Below, piece after piece: positions 60,914 to 64,000 of a stretch of DNA of 64,000 nucleotides. The translations under genes and the position numbers were made by a program. The DNA comes from Shigella phage ESh24. Position 1 is the stretch's first letter, and every line of letters begins with the position of its first letter. The DNA is taken from the sequence record ON528734; one strand, written 5' to 3'. The notes beneath the pieces were generated by a model that worked only from the letters and a program-made list of their open reading frames with translations, did not search any database and was not told the DNA's origin.

Positions 60914-61129
60914 ATGAAAAGTTTTAAAGATGTAAAAGTTGGTGAAATTTTCTGTTTAGATAACGGTGATCAGTTAATTCGTATTTCACCTCTTAAGAGC
61001 ACTAGCGAGAAACCGACAGTTAATGCTACTTTAGCAAATAACAGTAACGAACGTTTCTGTATTGAAAGTGATACTGAAACTTATACTGTAGAAGAGTTTT
61101 GGGAATTGAGCGTCGCCTGCGACGATTAA
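60914..61129 (+). CDS. hypothetical protein (71 aa)
   Basis: GAGG RBS. Confidence 0.5.
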   Translation: MKSFKDVKVGEIFCLDNGDQLIRISPLKSTSEKPTVNATLANNSNERFCIESDTETYTVEEFWELSVACDD

Positions 61130-61189
61130 TTTAATGGCCGTGTGTATTCATGCGGCCTTGGAGTAGAAAATAATTTAGAGGAAATTAAT

Positions 61190-61648
61190 ATGAAATACAT
61201 GACTGTTACTGATCTGAATAATGCAGGCGCTACTGTTATTGGTACAATCAAGGGCGGTGAGTGGTTTTTGGGAACTCCGCATAAAGATATTTTATCTAAA
61301 CCTGGATTTTACTTTTTAGTGAGTAAATTAGATGGTCGTCCATTTAGTAATCCATGTGTGTCTGCACGATTTTATGTGGGTAATCAGCGTTCTAAGCAAG
61401 GATTCAGCGCAGTTCTAAGTCATATTCGTCAACGCCGGTCTCAACTTGCGCGTACTATTGCAAATAACAATGTTCCATACACAGTATTTTATCTGCCTGC
61501 TTCTAAGATGAAACCTCTGACGACGGGATTTGGTAAAGGTCAGTTAGCTTTAGCGTTTACTCGTAATCATCATTCTGAGTATCAAACACTTGAAGAAATG
61601 AACCGTATGTTGGCTGATAACTTTAAATTTGTTTTACAGGCATATTAA
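61190..61648 (+). CDS. ndd: nucleoid disruption protein Ndd
   Basis: 152 aa starting [14 protein letters not shown]; matches T4 Ndd. Confidence 0.85.
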   Translation: MKYMTVTDLNNAGATVIGTIKGGEWFLGTPHKDILSKPGFYFLVSKLDGRPFSNPCVSARFYVGNQRSKQGFSAVLSHIRQRRSQLARTIANNNVPYTVFYLPASKMKPLTTGFGKGQLALAFTRNHHSEYQTLEEMNRMLADNFKFVLQAY

Positions 61649-61707
61649 TGAGTAATTTCCACAACGAACACGTGATGCAGTTCTATCGTAATAATTTTAA
61701 AACTAAA

Positions 61708-61723
61708 GGCGTCTTCGGACGCC
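61708..61723 (+). terminator. RNA hairpin (GGCGUC-UUCG-GACGCC), no T tract
   Basis: UUCG tetraloop hairpin. Confidence 0.5.
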
Positions 61724-62035
61724 AGTGAGGAAAATATGGTTATTCTGGTTTTTTATTGAACTTATTACGGCTATTGTCTGTTCGGTTTGCTTCTTTTTAG
61801 GCATGTGGACCCCAGGTTCAGTATTCTTAAGTTTTCTGTTTATTGCCTGGGTGCTTTCTACTTCTGTTGGCTTACTTAAGATGATTAAAAATGATTAAGA
61901 AAATCTTGGGCTATTCATTAGCCCTTGCTATTTTATTAATAGCGTTATATTATGGAGTAATGTTCGGATTAATTCAAGTCGTGCTTTTCATTTCTGATGT
62001 TATTATGGCACTACATTCACTAGTATGGTAAATTT

Positions 62036-63364
62036 ATGCAACTGAATAATCGCGATTTAAAAAGTATCATTGATAATGAAGCATTGGCTTATGCTATGTA
62101 CACGGTTGAAAATCGTGCTATCCCAAATATGATTGACGGATTTAAGCCAGTTCAACGATTTGTTATTGCTCGAGCTCTTGATTTGGCACGAGGAAATAAA
62201 GATAAGTTTCACAAACTCGCTTCTATTGCAGGTGGTGTAGCGGACCTTGGATATCATCATGGTGAAAACTCTGCGCAAGACGCAGGTGCTTTAATGGCTA
62301 ACACTTGGAATAATAACTTTCCTCTGTTAGATGGTCAAGGAAACTTTGGTTCTCGTACCGTCCAAAAAGCAGCAGCAAGTCGTTATATTTTTGCTCGTGT
62401 AAGTAAAAATTTCTATAACGTATATAAAGATACTGAATATGCTCCGGTACATCAAGATAAAGAACACATTCCGCCTGCTTTCTATTTGCCTATTATTCCT
62501 ACTGTTCTTCTTAATGGCGTTTCCGGTATTGCAACTGGTTATGCAACTTACATTCTTCCTCATAGTGTTTCTTCTGTCAAGAAAGCTGTACTACAAGCTC
62601 TTCAAGGAAAGAAAGTAACTAAACCGAAGGTAGAATTCCCAGAATTTCGTGGTAAAGTCGTTGAAATTGATGGGCAATATGAAATTCGTGGAACATATAA
62701 GTTTACTTCACGAACTCAAATGCATATCACTGAGATTCCGTATAAGTATGATCGTGAAACTTATGTGAGTAAAATCTTAGACCCACTTGAAGATAAAGGC
62801 TTCATTACATGGGATGATGCTTGTGGTGAGCACGGCTTCGGCTTTAAAGTTAAATTCCGTAAAGAATATTCTTTGAGCGATAATGAAGAAGAACGCCATG
62901 CAAAAATTATGAAAGACTTCGGGTTGATTGAGCGTCGTTCTCAGAATATTACGGTTATTAATGAGAAAGGAAAGCTACAAGTTTACGATAACGTAGTCGA
63001 TTTAATTAAAGACTTTGTTGAAGTTCGTAAAACTTATGTCAAAAAACGAATTGATAACAAAATCAAAGAAACTGAATCAGCTTTTCGTTTAGCCTTTGCC
63101 AAGGCACATTTCATTAAGAAAGTAATTTCAGGTGAAATTGTTGTACAAGGTAAAACTCGTAAAGAACTAACCGAAGAACTTTCTAAAATTGATATGTATT
63201 CTTCTTATGTTGATAAACTAGTCGGAATGAATATTTTTCATATGACTTCCGACGAAGCAAAGAAACTTGCTGAAGAAGCAAAAGCTAAAAAAGAAGAAAA
63301 CGAATATTGGAAAACTACTGATGTAGTTACAGAATACACCAAAGATTTAGAGGAAATCAAATGA
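62036..63364 (+). CDS. 52: DNA topoisomerase II medium subunit (GyrA-like) gp52
   Basis: 442 aa; matches T4 gp52. Confidence 0.95.
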   Translation: MQLNNRDLKSIIDNEALAYAMYTVENRAIPNMIDGFKPVQRFVIARALDLARGNKDKFHKLASIAGGVADLGYHHGENSAQDAGALMANTWNNNFPLLDGQGNFGSRTVQKAAASRYIFARVSKNFYNVYKDTEYAPVHQDKEHIPPAFYLPIIPTVLLNGVSGIATGYATYILPHSVSSVKKAVLQALQGKKVTKPKVEFPEFRGKVVEIDGQYEIRGTYKFTSRTQMHITEIPYKYDRETYVSKILDPLEDKGFITWDDACGEHGFGFKVKFRKEYSLSDNEEERHAKIMKDFGLIERRSQNITVINEKGKLQVYDNVVDLIKDFVEVRKTYVKKRIDNKIKETESAFRLAFAKAHFIKKVISGEIVVQGKTRKELTEELSKIDMYSSYVDKLVGMNIFHMTSDEAKKLAEEAKAKKEENEYWKTTDVVTEYTKDLEEIK

Positions 63365-63510
63365 GTCCATTCATAGGTATTACAAGCGCTGCATTAGTAT
63401 CTGGTAGCATTTTACTGGCGGGTTTAGGCGTTGTTCCAGCCGTAGCAGGAGGTCTTCTTGCGTTCGGAATTCAACGTGTTATCATGACAGTTATCACAGT
63501 CATGCAGTAA
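63361..63510 (+). CDS. small hydrophobic protein (49 aa); possibly ac-like
   Basis: ATGA overlap with 52; Gly/Ala/Val-rich membrane peptide. Confidence 0.45.
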   Translation: MSPFIGITSAALVSGSILLAGLGVVPAVAGGLLAFGIQRVIMTVITVMQ

Positions 63511-63514
63511 TTTT

Positions 63515-63543
63515 AGGGAGAGCCTCGGCTCTCCCTTTTTTAT
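63515..63543 (+). terminator. rho-independent terminator (GGGAGAGCC-UCG-GCTCTCCC + T run)
   Basis: 9-bp stem then T6. Confidence 0.85.
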
Positions 63544-63566
63544 TTTAAAATTTTTTTCACAAAACG

Positions 63567-63598
63567 GTTTACAACCAAAGCATACTGTGGTACTATAC
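63567..63598 (+). promoter_or_regulatory. T4-type early promoter with conserved leader cassette
   Basis: TTTTTCACAAAACGGTTTACA...TGGTACTATACAACTATCAACTACTGATACAGAATTACGGAG. Confidence 0.75.
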
Positions 63599-63637
63599 AA
63601 CTATCAACTACTGATACAGAATTACGGAGATTAGAAA

Positions 63638-64000
63638 ATGTCTAAAGTAACTTACATCATCAAAGCTTCTAACGATGTTCTGAATGAAAAAACTGCTGCG
63701 ATTTTAATTACTATTGCTAAGAAAGATTTCATTACAGCCGCAGAAGTTCGTGAGGTGCATCCAGATTTAGGTAACGCAGTAGTTAATAGTAATATTGGGG
63801 TGTTGATTAAAAAAGGCCTGGTGGAGAAATCTGGTGATGGATTAATCATTACTGGTGAAGCTCAGGATATTATTTCAAATGCAGCAACTTTATATGCACA
63901 AGAAAATGCTCCGGAACTGCTGAAAAAACGAGCAACTCGTAAAGCTCGCGAGATTACTTCCGATATGGAAGAAGATAAAGACTTCATGTTAAAACTTTTA
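63638..64000 (+). CDS. motA: middle-transcription activator MotA (3' end outside window)
   Basis: N-terminus MSKVTYIIKASNDVLNEKTAAILITIAKKDF matches T4 MotA; ORF runs off window. Confidence 0.9.
   Translation, partial: MSKVTYIIKASNDVLNEKTAAILITIAKKDFITAAEVREVHPDLGNAVVNSNIGVLIKKGLVEKSGDGLIITGEAQDIISNAATLYAQENAPELLKKRATRKAREITSDMEEDKDFMLKLL

Overview
This window is a contiguous early-gene block of a T-even (T4-like) Escherichia phage, with every gene on the + strand except one small ORF. Calls rest on reading catalytic motifs in the supplied translations and on recalled T4 gene order; no database search was possible. Recognised genes, in order: tk, rI, the nrdC.x hypervariable block, nrdC, 49, nrdD, nrdG, nrdH, 55, a-gt, 47, 46, rpbA, 45, 44, 62, regA, 43, imm, 42, a glycosyltransferase, uvsX, 40, 41, dmd, sp, 61, dam, 56, soc, modB, modA, srd-like, dda, dexA, motB-like, 39, rIIA, rIIB, denB, ndd, 52 and the start of motA. 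The backbone looks T2/T6-like rather than T4: gene 39 is one 605-aa ORF, nrdD is uninterrupted, no homing-endonuclease gene sits between 56 and soc, and a DxD glycosyltransferase occupies the T4 beta-gt slot. Genes are tightly packed, with UUCG-tetraloop terminator hairpins and many T4-type early promoters. The strongest candidate for an undescribed system is between gene 61 and dam: a PD-(D/E)xK nuclease-like ORF stop/start-overlapped with the Dam methyltransferase, beside a convergent antisense small membrane protein. Other candidates are a Pol-beta-type nucleotidyltransferase next to a P-loop ATPase, a tandem array of four coiled-coil proteins, a frameshifted homing-endonuclease-like gene between rpbA and 45, and a repeated promoter-leader cassette present in at least seven copies.
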